From the NCBI GenBank assembly GCA_024642725.1, contig JAHEAO010000002.1, positions 8,430-72,429 on the forward strand: a stretch of 64,000 bases of DNA, written 5' to 3'. A program made the position numbers and the translations under genes. How positions within the stretch are numbered: the first letter of the stretch is position 1; each line of letters opens with the position of its first letter. A model generated the notes under the pieces. That model did no database searches. It was not told the origin of the DNA and was given only the letters and a program-made list of their open reading frames with translations. This document shows positions 56,089-64,000 of this stretch, one piece after another. This DNA is from Paracoccaceae bacterium. GTDB lineage: Bacteria; Pseudomonadota; Alphaproteobacteria; Rhodobacterales; Rhodobacteraceae.

Positions 56089-56885
56089 TCCACCTTCATT
56101 TCTGCCATCATCGACTCGATCCTCGCAACGTCCTCTGGATTGTTCAATTCCCAAAACTGGCGCCCGCGAGACTCGACCTCGACACAGAGAACCGGACGCT
56201 CATGTTCGAGAAACCGCAGTTGTTCCAGACCCTCCAGCTTTTCGAGTGGGCCCGTCACCCATCGCGGATAAGCGGCTAGTGCCGAGGGACGATATGCGTA
56301 GACTCCGACATGATGGAACACCGGTGTCGGCTCTTCATCTCCGAAGCTCCGGCCAGTGTAGGGGATCACCTCTTTCGAGAAATAGAGCGCCCGGTTTTCG
56401 CGACCGAACACAGCCGTCGTGCCGCCGACGCGACCGGCCCGGCGATCCTCCAAGAAGCCGTTCAGTGCGCGACCGTCACAGCGCAGAACCGGCGTCGCCA
56501 CTTCAGCGGTCGGATGGGCGCGCAGACCCGCCACGAGATCCTCGATGAACCAAGCTGGCGTAAGCGGCGCGTCGCCCTGCAGGTTGACAACGATGTCATA
56601 GCCGCCTCCGAGGTTGTCGAGCGCCTCGGCGCATCGTTCAGTGCCATTCGCACAGGTTGTTGATGTCATTACGACTTCAGCGCCGAAGGCCTCGCTTTCG
56701 AGCCTGATGCGATCATCATCGGTAGCGACGACGACGCGGTCGATTCCACCGACCTGCCGCGCGGCCTCCCATGATCGCTGCACGAGGCTTCGCGAAACGC
56801 CATTCACGCCGCGCAGTTGCACCAGCGGTTTGCCCGGATAGCGGGTGGACGCAAACCGGGCCGGGATGACAATCAGGACGGCCAT
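56085..56885 (-). CDS. kdsB: 3-deoxy-manno-octulosonate cytidylyltransferase (CMP-Kdo synthetase)
   Basis: The start is MAVLIVIPARFASTRYPGKPL, with motifs ...NLQGDAP... and ...FHHVGVYAYR... Length 266 aa. Confidence 0.9.
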   Translation of the reverse strand: MAVLIVIPARFASTRYPGKPLVQLRGVNGVSRSLVQRSWEAARQVGGIDRVVVATDDDRIRLESEAFGAEVVMTSTTCANGTERCAEALDNLGGGYDIVVNLQGDAPLTPAWFIEDLVAGLRAHPTAEVATPVLRCDGRALNGFLEDRRAGRVGGTTAVFGRENRALYFSKEVIPYTGRSFGDEEPTPVFHHVGVYAYRPSALAAYPRWVTGPLEKLEGLEQLRFLEHERPVLCVEVESRGRQFWELNNPEDVARIESMMAEMKVE

Positions 56886-57682
56886 CAGGCAGGCTGAAGG
56901 TCAACGCCAGGTGCATAGGCGATGAAAAACGGATTCTCGTAGCCCGGCTTGCCGTAGGTCAGCGGCGAATGGTCGTCGAAACGGACAACCCGCCCACCAG
57001 CGCCATTCAAAACCGCATGGCCCGCTGCGGTGTCCCATTCCATGGTACGCCCGACACGCGGATAGATGTCTGCTTCTCCGGTCGCAACCAAGCAGAACTT
57101 GAGCGACGACCCCGCGCTTTTCATATCGGCGGTTTCATATTTCGCGATGTAATCGTCAGTCGCGGCATCGCGATGCGACTTGGAAGCCACGACGTAGAGT
57201 GCCTTGTTGTCGGGTGTGGAAACCCGGATCGGGGTCAGCTCACCCATTTTCTCTGGGGCAAGTGCCCCCGTCTCCTCGAACGACGCGCCAGTGGCATCGG
57301 TGAAAAACATGCGCTTCTTTGCGGGCGCATACACGATCCCCCGGGTCGGCACACCGTTCTCGACATAGGCGATGTTCACGGTGAAATCTCCGCGACGCTG
57401 TACAAATTCCTTGGTACCATCAAGCGGGTCGACGATCAGAAATTTGTCGGCGCGATCTGAATGAGATGCCGCCTGCTCCTCTGTAACCAACGTGATATCC
57501 GGAAATTCGGCTCGTAAGCCGGCGGAAATCAGCTCATCCGCAGCTTCGTCAGCCTCTGTCACCGGGCTTTGGTCAGACTTGGATCGCACCTCAAAATCAT
57601 CGGAATTATAGATCTGCATGATGCAATCGCCGGCCTCGAGCGCCAACCTGCGCATCACCGCTGTCAATCTGTCGAAATCCAA
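56885..57682 (-). CDS. cysQ: 3-prime(2-prime),5-prime-bisphosphate nucleotidase (PAP phosphatase; inositol monophosphatase superfamily)
   Basis: Motifs SPVTEADEAAD, VDPLDGTKEF and WDTAAGHAVL. TTG start follows SD aaggagaagg. Its stop shares one base with the kdsB ATG. Confidence 0.85.
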   Translation of the reverse strand: MDFDRLTAVMRRLALEAGDCIMQIYNSDDFEVRSKSDQSPVTEADEAADELISAGLRAEFPDITLVTEEQAASHSDRADKFLIVDPLDGTKEFVQRRGDFTVNIAYVENGVPTRGIVYAPAKKRMFFTDATGASFEETGALAPEKMGELTPIRVSTPDNKALYVVASKSHRDAATDDYIAKYETADMKSAGSSLKFCLVATGEADIYPRVGRTMEWDTAAGHAVLNGAGGRVVRFDDHSPLTYGKPGYENPFFIAYAPGVDLQPA

Positions 57683-57805
57683 AACCTTCTCCTTGTACTT
57701 TGCCTGTCTCGGTCGTCATTGAATCCTTAATCCAGTGTCCTTATGCTTTGACCTCAAGCAAACAGCAAGAATTCCCCGACACGGAACAAAGGGAACGCGC
57801 AGAGC

Positions 57806-58627
57806 ATGTTTCAGGCGCCCGCCAGAAAGAACAATATAGGGACGGCAGTAAGTCTGGCCGAACTGATATATCATGGCACGGTCCGCCAACTGCGGAAGTC
57901 CCATGGAAACGCCATCGTTGGGCTGGTCATGAACATTGTTCAGTCGCTTATCTTCGTGCTGGGCTTTTATGTGATGTTCATCGTGCTTGGCATCAGAGGT
58001 GCGGCACTTCGCGGCGACTTCATGCTATATATCATGTCGGGAGTGTTCCTGTTCATGACACATACCAAGGCGATGCAGGCGGTCGCCGGGTCGGAGGGTC
58101 CTGCGTCGGCAATGATGCAGCATTCGCCGATGAATACCGTCATCGCGATAACATCAGCGGCGTTAGCTTCGCTTTACATTCAGATTCTGTCCGTCATCGT
58201 TATCCTTTTCGTCTACTACACTTTCGGGAATCCATTTGTAATTCATGAACCCGTTGCAGCATTGGGCATCTTGTTGCTTGCCTGGTTCACCGGAGTTGCA
58301 GTCGGATTGGTCTTCTTGGCTGCAAAGCCTTGGTCGCCGGGTTTCGTTGGCGTGGCGACAACTATCTTTGCGCGCGCCAATATGATCGCCTCGGGCAAGA
58401 TGTTCGTCGCAAACGCCCTGCCGCCGGCTATGCTTGCAATGTTTGACTGGAACCCCTTGTTCCACTGTATCGACCAGATGCGCGGCGCCGTGTTTATCAA
58501 CTACAATCCGCACAATTCCTCAATCGAATATCCTATCTATGCTTCTCTGGCGCTCGTCATGATCGGCCTTATGGGGGAATTTTATACCCGCAAGCATGCC
58601 TCTGCCAGTTGGAACGCGCGTCGCTAG
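57806..58627 (+). CDS. capsule-type polysaccharide export ABC-2 permease (KpsM/CtrC-like)
   Basis: A 273-aa ABC-2-type membrane protein with six TM segments and an N-terminal cytoplasmic amphipathic segment, AELIYHGTVRQLRKSHGNA. No ATPase partner is adjacent. Confidence 0.75.
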   Translation: MFQAPARKNNIGTAVSLAELIYHGTVRQLRKSHGNAIVGLVMNIVQSLIFVLGFYVMFIVLGIRGAALRGDFMLYIMSGVFLFMTHTKAMQAVAGSEGPASAMMQHSPMNTVIAITSAALASLYIQILSVIVILFVYYTFGNPFVIHEPVAALGILLLAWFTGVAVGLVFLAAKPWSPGFVGVATTIFARANMIASGKMFVANALPPAMLAMFDWNPLFHCIDQMRGAVFINYNPHNSSIEYPIYASLALVMIGLMGEFYTRKHASASWNARR

Positions 58628-59256
58628 TCCACGACCCTTAGCGTCAAATTTATGCGCCCGCCTGTTTGCAGCAGACTCGAAGTCCCGGAACGTAGCCGGT
58701 CAATGCCGTGGTGCAAAAGCCGTGCATCACCTGCAAGAACCGCGACATCGCCGGATTGCAGCCAGATGCTTTCGGTACTTCCGCCGCGTTCGATGTTTCC
58801 TATGCGAAACAAGGCCGCGTCTCCCAAAGAGATCGACACGACTGGCCAATTGAAATCCGCTTCATCCTTGTCCTGATGCAACCCCATTCGTGCACCTTCA
58901 GCATACCAGTTCACAAGACAACATTCCGGCATCTTCGTCAGCCCAGTAACTGCACGCCAGACAGTCAGCACAGACTCGGGGATTGCGGGCCATGGCATTC
59001 CTGCCGGGTGAAGCTTTTCATAGCGGTAGCCGTGTCGGTCGGAAAACCAGCCGCATTTCCCGGCAGAGGTCATCCGGACAGACATCGGCTTCCCAAAACG
59101 TGTCTCGGGCGAAAATAGCGGCGCGGCATCGATGACCCGGCCTATATCTTCAGCCACTGCCTTTTGCGTCGACCTGTCCAACCAGCTCCGAAATATCTGC
59201 ACTCCGCGCAGGTTGAGAGTGGGTTCGGCTTTAGAAACGCTCTGACCATTGCCCAT
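58624..59256 (-). CDS. alkB: alpha-ketoglutarate/Fe(II)-dependent DNA/RNA alkylation repair dioxygenase
   Basis: A 210-aa protein from ATG 59256. It has the 2OG-Fe(II) facial triad region, [19 protein letters not shown] ... RLLHHGI, and the terminal RINLTLR. The ORF continues open upstream only as an antisense shadow of dnaK. Confidence 0.85.
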   Translation of the reverse strand: MGNGQSVSKAEPTLNLRGVQIFRSWLDRSTQKAVAEDIGRVIDAAPLFSPETRFGKPMSVRMTSAGKCGWFSDRHGYRYEKLHPAGMPWPAIPESVLTVWRAVTGLTKMPECCLVNWYAEGARMGLHQDKDEADFNWPVVSISLGDAALFRIGNIERGGSTESIWLQSGDVAVLAGDARLLHHGIDRLRSGTSSLLQTGGRINLTLRVVD

Positions 59257-59303
59257 TGCTCTGAAATGACTCCAATTTTTGGGGATTCCGATCCCCGCCA
59301 TGA

Positions 59304-59332
59304 CTTGCAGGCCTTCAACCCCCTCCTTATAT
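59304..59332 (+). promoter_or_regulatory. candidate RpoH (sigma-32) heat-shock promoter of dnaKJ
   Basis: CTTG-N18-CTTATAT matches the alphaproteobacterial heat-shock consensus CTTG-N17/18-CYTATNT. It lies about 108 nt upstream of the dnaK ATG. Confidence 0.6.
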
Positions 59333-59439
59333 ACGCCCAGAACCCGGCTTGGGGACAACCTAGGCCGAATTACGGGATCGGAAGCGGGCGCCGCATCGGG
59401 CCCAATTCCACGAAATCGCCTAAGAAGAGGAAATTGAGT

Positions 59440-61350
59440 ATGGCTAAAGTCATTGGTATCGACCTCGGGACCACGAACTCCTGTGTTGCTATCATGGACG
59501 GCTCGCAGCCGCGGGTCATCGAGAACGCCGAGGGCGCACGTACGACGCCTTCCGTTGTCGGTTTCACCGAAGGTGAGCGTCTTGTCGGTCAGCCTGCAAA
59601 GCGGCAGGCCGTTACCAACCCCGAAAACACGGTTTTCGCCGTAAAACGCCTGATCGGTCGTAGAACCGACGATGCCGAAGTAGAGAAGGACAAGAAGCTT
59701 GTTCCCTACAAGATCGTTGATGGCGGGAACGGCGACGCCTGGGTTGAAGTCCGTGGCGAAAAATACAGCCCCAGCCAGATTTCGGCTTTCATCCTGCAGA
59801 AGATGAAGGAAACTGCCGAATCCTATCTCGGCGAAAAGGTCGACCAGGCGGTCATCACGGTTCCTGCCTACTTCAATGACGCACAGCGTCAGGCGACGAA
59901 GGATGCTGGCAAGATCGCTGGTCTTGAAGTGCTGCGGATCATCAACGAACCGACCGCTGCCGCGCTTGCCTACGGCCTTGATAAGAAAGAAACCAAGACC
60001 ATTGCGGTTTATGACCTTGGCGGCGGTACTTTCGACATCACCATTCTGGAAATCGACGATGGCTTGTTCGAGGTGAAATCGACCAACGGGGACACGTTCC
60101 TTGGCGGCGAGGACTTCGACATGCGGATCGTCCACTACCTTGCCGATGAATTCAAAAAAGAAAACGGCGTTGATCTGACCAAAGACAAGATGGCGCTTCA
60201 GCGTCTCAAGGAAGCGGCAGAAAAAGCCAAGATCGAGTTGTCCTCGAGCCAGCAGACCGAGATCAACCAGCCGTTCATTTCGATGGACAAGAACACTGGT
60301 CAGCCGCTTCACATGGTCATGAAGTTGACCCGTGCAAAGCTGGAGAGCCTGGTCGGAGACCTTATCAAGAACTCGATCGCACCATGTAAGGCGGCGCTCA
60401 AGGATGCTGGTCTTTCGACCGGTGACATTGATGAAGTCGTTCTGGTCGGCGGTATGACCCGCATGCCAAAGGTCGTTGAGGAAGTTACCAAGTTCTTTGG
60501 AAAGGAGCCGCACAAAGGCGTCAACCCGGACGAAGTAGTTGCTCTGGGTGCTGCCATCCAGGCGGGCGTTCTGCAAGGCGACGTCAAGGACGTTGTGCTG
60601 CTCGACGTTACGCCGCTTTCGCTGGGGATCGAAACTTTGGGTGGGGTCTTCACGCGCCTCATCGACCGCAACACCACAATCCCGACCAAGAAGTCGCAGA
60701 TATTCTCGACCGCCGAGGACAACCAGAACGCCGTGACGATCCGGGTGTTCCAAGGTGAACGCGAGATGGCGGCGGACAACAAGATGCTTGGCCAGTTCAA
60801 TCTGGAAGACATCCCGCCGGCGCCGCGCGGCCTGCCGCAAATCGAAGTGACATTCGATATCGACGCAAACGGTATTGTGTCGGTAAGCGCCAAGGATAAG
60901 GGCACTGGCAAAGAGCAGAACATCACGATTCAAGCGTCCGGCGGTCTTTCGGATGATGAGATTGAGAAGATGGTCAAGGATGCCGAAGCCAATGCCGAGG
61001 CGGACAAGGAACGTCGCGAACTGGTCGAAGCCCGCAACCAAGCAGAGAGCCTTATCCATTCGACCGAAAAGTCGATGGAGGAGCACAACGACAAGGTTGA
61101 CCCAACGACCATCGAGGCCATCGAACTGGCAATTGCTGCACTCAAAGATGAGCTTGAGAACGACAATGCCAGCAAGATCAAGTCCGGCATTCAGAATGTG
61201 ACGGAAGCGGCCATGAAGCTCGGTGAAGCCATCTACAAGGCCCAACAATCTGAAGGCGGCGAAAGTGATGATGGCGAGGCACCGCGCGGTGTCGATGACG
61301 ACATCGTCGATGCCGATTTCGAGGATCTGGACGACAGCAAACGTTCGTAA
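59440..61350 (+). CDS. dnaK: molecular chaperone DnaK (Hsp70)
   Basis: [17 protein letters not shown]..., DLGGGTFD, and 637 aa. ATG 59440 follows aagagga. Confidence 0.98.
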   Translation: MAKVIGIDLGTTNSCVAIMDGSQPRVIENAEGARTTPSVVGFTEGERLVGQPAKRQAVTNPENTVFAVKRLIGRRTDDAEVEKDKKLVPYKIVDGGNGDAWVEVRGEKYSPSQISAFILQKMKETAESYLGEKVDQAVITVPAYFNDAQRQATKDAGKIAGLEVLRIINEPTAAALAYGLDKKETKTIAVYDLGGGTFDITILEIDDGLFEVKSTNGDTFLGGEDFDMRIVHYLADEFKKENGVDLTKDKMALQRLKEAAEKAKIELSSSQQTEINQPFISMDKNTGQPLHMVMKLTRAKLESLVGDLIKNSIAPCKAALKDAGLSTGDIDEVVLVGGMTRMPKVVEEVTKFFGKEPHKGVNPDEVVALGAAIQAGVLQGDVKDVVLLDVTPLSLGIETLGGVFTRLIDRNTTIPTKKSQIFSTAEDNQNAVTIRVFQGEREMAADNKMLGQFNLEDIPPAPRGLPQIEVTFDIDANGIVSVSAKDKGTGKEQNITIQASGGLSDDEIEKMVKDAEANAEADKERRELVEARNQAESLIHSTEKSMEEHNDKVDPTTIEAIELAIAALKDELENDNASKIKSGIQNVTEAAMKLGEAIYKAQQSEGGESDDGEAPRGVDDDIVDADFEDLDDSKRS

Positions 61351-61369
61351 GTAGACGAGCGGGGCAATC

Positions 61370-61399
61370 GGGCCAGCCTGAGGTCACTCAGGCTGGCCC
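61370..61399 (+). terminator. 13-bp perfect hairpin between dnaK and dnaJ (attenuator/processing-type structure)
   Basis: gggccagcctgag-gtca-ctcaggctggccc has no following T tract. It is therefore more likely a partial terminator or stabiliser than a full stop. Confidence 0.5.
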
Positions 61400-61424
61400 C
61401 TGCCTTCCCGGAAGGTGACATCGG

Positions 61425-62573
61425 ATGGCAAAGCGAGATTATTATGAGGTACTTGGCGTCAGCAAAGGTGCCTCTGCGGATGAGCTGAAAAAGGCGTATC
61501 GGACCAAGGCCAAAGAGCTTCACCCCGACCGCAACTCTGACAATCCCAAGGCCGAAGAGCAGTTCAAGGAAGTGAACGAAGCTTATGAGGCACTGAAAGA
61601 CCCGGATAAGAAAGCCGCCTACGACCGCTTTGGCCACGCCGCCTTCGACGGCGGCATGGGCGGCGGACGGCATGGTGGCTTTGGCGGCGGACAGGGCGAC
61701 TTCGCAAGCGCATTCTCGGACGTGTTCGATGATCTCTTCGGTGATTTCATGGGCGGCGGTCAGCGTGGGGGCGGGCGGCAACGCGCGACCCGCGGCTCGG
61801 ACCTGCGGTACAATCTGCGTGTCTCACTTGAGGATGCCTATTCCGGTAGTCAAAAGACCATCAACGTTCCAACCGCGGTCGGTTGCGAAACCTGTAACGG
61901 GACCGGGGCTGAAAGCGGGGCAGAGCCGCAGACTTGCCCAACCTGTGCCGGCATGGGCAAAGTGCGTGCGCAGCAGGGGTTTTTCACGGTTGAACGGACC
62001 TGCCCCACATGTTCCGGCATGGGTCAGATCATCAAGAATCCTTGCAAGAAATGCGGTGGCGCAGGCCGTGTCGAAAAGGACCGTTCTCTTTCCATCAACA
62101 TTCCCGCCGGTGTCGAGACAGGGACCAAGATCCGGCTTGCCGGCGAGGGCGAGGCAGGTCTGCGTGGCGGCCCGACTGGCGATCTCTACATCTTCATGGA
62201 AGTTCAGGAGCATCCGCTATTCCAGCGGGAAGGGCCCCATCTTTTCTGCCACGTGCCGGTAAGCATGGCTTCTGCCGCACTGGGTGGCGACATCGAAGTA
62301 CCTACGATTGATGGCGGTCGCAGCCGTGTGAAAATTCCGGCCGGCAGCCAGTCTGGCCGCCAGATGCGTTTGCGCAGCAAAGGCATGCCCATGTTGCGAG
62401 GCGGCGGACACGGCGACATGCTCATCGAATTGGCGGTGGAAACCCCGGTAAACCTGACTTCGCGTCAGAAAGAGCTTATCAAAGAGTTTGACAAGCTGAG
62501 TGAAGACAACAACCCGGAAAGTTCCAGTTTCTTCTCCAAGGTCAAGAATTTCTGGGACAGCATGAAAAGCTGA
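61425..62573 (+). CDS. dnaJ: molecular chaperone DnaJ (Hsp40)
   Basis: J domain with HPD, a G/F-rich region and four CxxCxGxG zinc-finger repeats. Confidence 0.97.
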   Translation: MAKRDYYEVLGVSKGASADELKKAYRTKAKELHPDRNSDNPKAEEQFKEVNEAYEALKDPDKKAAYDRFGHAAFDGGMGGGRHGGFGGGQGDFASAFSDVFDDLFGDFMGGGQRGGGRQRATRGSDLRYNLRVSLEDAYSGSQKTINVPTAVGCETCNGTGAESGAEPQTCPTCAGMGKVRAQQGFFTVERTCPTCSGMGQIIKNPCKKCGGAGRVEKDRSLSINIPAGVETGTKIRLAGEGEAGLRGGPTGDLYIFMEVQEHPLFQREGPHLFCHVPVSMASAALGGDIEVPTIDGGRSRVKIPAGSQSGRQMRLRSKGMPMLRGGGHGDMLIELAVETPVNLTSRQKELIKEFDKLSEDNNPESSSFFSKVKNFWDSMKS

Positions 62574-62628
62574 CCGGCAGAGGTCTTGCTTTAACGCAAT
62601 TTTCAGCAAATTGCTGGAACGTCGTGCC

Positions 62629-63384
62629 ATGTCACCGCCCCAACGCCATTTCGCTGAAATGCCGCAGTCCCTTTTCGAAGCGGACGAAGTCTTGGAGCAC
62701 GACGGTAAGCCGCCATCCTATCTGAAAGACCACCGGAAGCGGTTGCGCGCACGCTTCATGGAAGGCGGGGCGCAGGCCATGCCGGACTATGAATTGTTGG
62801 AGCTCGTCCTTTTTCGATCAATCCCCAGGCAGGATGTGAAACCGCTGGCACGCAGGCTGATGGATACGTTTGGTGACTTCAACCGCGTTCTGTCAGCCGC
62901 TCCCGATCGGCTGGCGTCCGTGCAAGGCGTCGGAAGCGCCGTTATCCAGGATCTTAAAATAGTGGAAGCCGCAGCCCATCGATTGGCGCGCGCGCGCGTC
63001 ATGCAAAGGCAGGTGATCTCAAGCTGGGACGCCGTTCTGGACTATTGCCATACGACCATGGCCCACCGGGAAACAGAACAGTTTCGCATCCTGTTTCTTG
63101 ATCGAAAGAATGTCCTCATCGCCGATGAAGAACAGGCGCACGGCACGGTCGATCACGTTCCGGTTTATCCACGCGAGGTAGTGAAGCGGGCGCTCCAGCT
63201 GAATGCCTCGGCAATCATTCTTGTCCACAACCACCCCTCCGGTGACCCCACTCCATCCGAGGCAGACATCAGCATGACCAGTCAGATCAACAGTGCTGTC
63301 CAAGCCCTTGGTCTGACGCTCCACGACCATCTGATCATCGGCAAGTCGCAAGAGCTCAGTTTTCGCGCCGCTGGCTATCTTTAG
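62629..63384 (+). CDS. radC: RadC-family JAB/MPN-domain protein
   Basis: N-terminal HhH-like region and a C-terminal JAMM motif, ILVHNHPSGDPTPSEADISMT. ATG 62629 is preferred over the TTG at 62611. Confidence 0.85.
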   Translation: MSPPQRHFAEMPQSLFEADEVLEHDGKPPSYLKDHRKRLRARFMEGGAQAMPDYELLELVLFRSIPRQDVKPLARRLMDTFGDFNRVLSAAPDRLASVQGVGSAVIQDLKIVEAAAHRLARARVMQRQVISSWDAVLDYCHTTMAHRETEQFRILFLDRKNVLIADEEQAHGTVDHVPVYPREVVKRALQLNASAIILVHNHPSGDPTPSEADISMTSQINSAVQALGLTLHDHLIIGKSQELSFRAAGYL

Positions 63385-63387
63385 CAC

Positions 63388-64000
63388 TTACTGAACCCAA
63401 ACCTCGACCCTGCGGTTGATGCGCCTGCCCCAGTCGGTATCGTCACAAGCCATTGGCATCGCCTCGCCAAAGCCCAGAGTTTCCAACTTCACTCGGGTGA
63501 AGTCCGCGGTTCCTGCCGCCTTGATGAGGTCGCCCCGGACCGAAGCCGCACGTTGCACTGAAAGCCGCAGGTTTGCAGCAGAATCCCCCTCCCCGTCGCT
63601 GAAACCGACAAGCGCAAGGGTACGCCCGTCGTAAAACCCGGCCTCGATAGCCTGCGCGAGGAGACGAATGTTTGACAGTGATTGCGCGTCAAGGACCGTC
63701 GATCCATCGTCGAAGCGATAACTGAGCGAGAGCCGATTGAACCCGTCAAGCGCCGCAGTCATTTTCTGCAGCGCTGGCAGGTCGACCTCGGGGCCGGCCG
63801 AACGGATCGCGTTCATTAACCTGTTTCCCTGTTGGTTTATCGGTGTCTCAGTCAGGCTTTGATCCACGAAACCGGCCCGGCGGATCGTGTGTTGAGCTGC
63901 AGGCGACCGCAAGAAGCGCAAGAAATCACGCCCGATCGCAGGAAGTCGTCGTTGCGGCAGATACAGGAAGACGGGGGCTGTCAAAGGATAGTCTTCTGCC
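63388..64000 (-). CDS. OmpA-like C-terminal domain fused to a phosphate-binding-protein-like domain (3-prime part; gene continues right of the window)
   Basis: The C-terminal OmpA_C signature is LVGFSDGEGDSAANLRLSVQRAASV...RRINRRVEVWV. The upstream part resembles a PstS-like periplasmic binding fold. The frame is open to the window edge. Confidence 0.7.
   Translation of the reverse strand, partial: AEDYPLTAPVFLYLPQRRLPAIGRDFLRFLRSPAAQHTIRRAGFVDQSLTETPINQQGNRLMNAIRSAGPEVDLPALQKMTAALDGFNRLSLSYRFDDGSTVLDAQSLSNIRLLAQAIEAGFYDGRTLALVGFSDGEGDSAANLRLSVQRAASVRGDLIKAAGTADFTRVKLETLGFGEAMPMACDDTDWGRRINRRVEVWVQ

Noticed and set aside
58628-59256. Search for a KpsT ATPase or its remnant downstream of the KpsM-like gene
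   Set aside because: The space is fully occupied by convergent alkB. No Walker A/B or ABC signature appears in any frame there.
59257-61248. Upstream 664 codons of the 874-aa minus-strand ORF (would give a giant AlkB fusion or an 'antisense-of-Hsp70' protein)
   Set aside because: This stretch is antisense to dnaK and its promoter. The composition is low-complexity and Leu/Arg/Val-rich with no domain signature. A good ATG at 59256 gives a normal-length AlkB.

Overview
The window looks like a high-GC alphaproteobacterial chromosome segment, probably Rhodobacteraceae-like. That placement is inferred from gene content: bc1 genes, a Hint-domain protein, a MarR plus OmpR-type pair resembling petP-petR, and a NavAb-like channel. 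It is densely packed with about 65 protein genes, most of them housekeeping.

Main content, left to right:
- the end of the cytochrome bc1 operon
- a thiBPQ thiamine importer behind a TPP riboswitch
- aroC, amn-ade purine salvage, and the xseB-ispA-dxs operon
- ilvE, and gltD-GFA-gltB
- uppP and tRNA-Leu(CAG)
- kdsD-lptCAB-hpf-ptsN, with no rpoN
- alkB, dnaK-dnaJ and radC

I found no rRNA, CRISPR array, transposase, integrase or prophage genes.

Two regions are not explained by housekeeping functions:
1. 18.8-21.6 kb. Two secreted paralogues lie in tandem. Each has a Gly-rich disordered linker and a shared C-terminal domain I cannot assign. A small beta-barrel outer-membrane protein follows them. 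A perfect FNR-type palindrome precedes them, and three strong hairpins separate them.
2. 47.4-57.7 kb. A tightly packed nine-gene minus-strand operon runs cysQ, kdsB, GT2, galU, galE, GT4, GT2-like, GT14-like, then a two-domain sulfotransferase. Its distal roughly 8.7 kb is visibly lower in GC. An orphan KpsM-type permease faces it. This reads as a candidate pathway for a sulfated surface glycan.

Smaller curiosities:
- a Hint autoprocessing-domain protein
- a GFA gene wedged inside the glutamate synthase operon
- a 62-aa charged ORF with a very strong SD
- three convergent gene pairs sharing a palindromic CTAG double stop
- very long shadow ORFs antisense to gltB and dnaK

All calls come from reading the translations and the DNA by eye. 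No database search was run.
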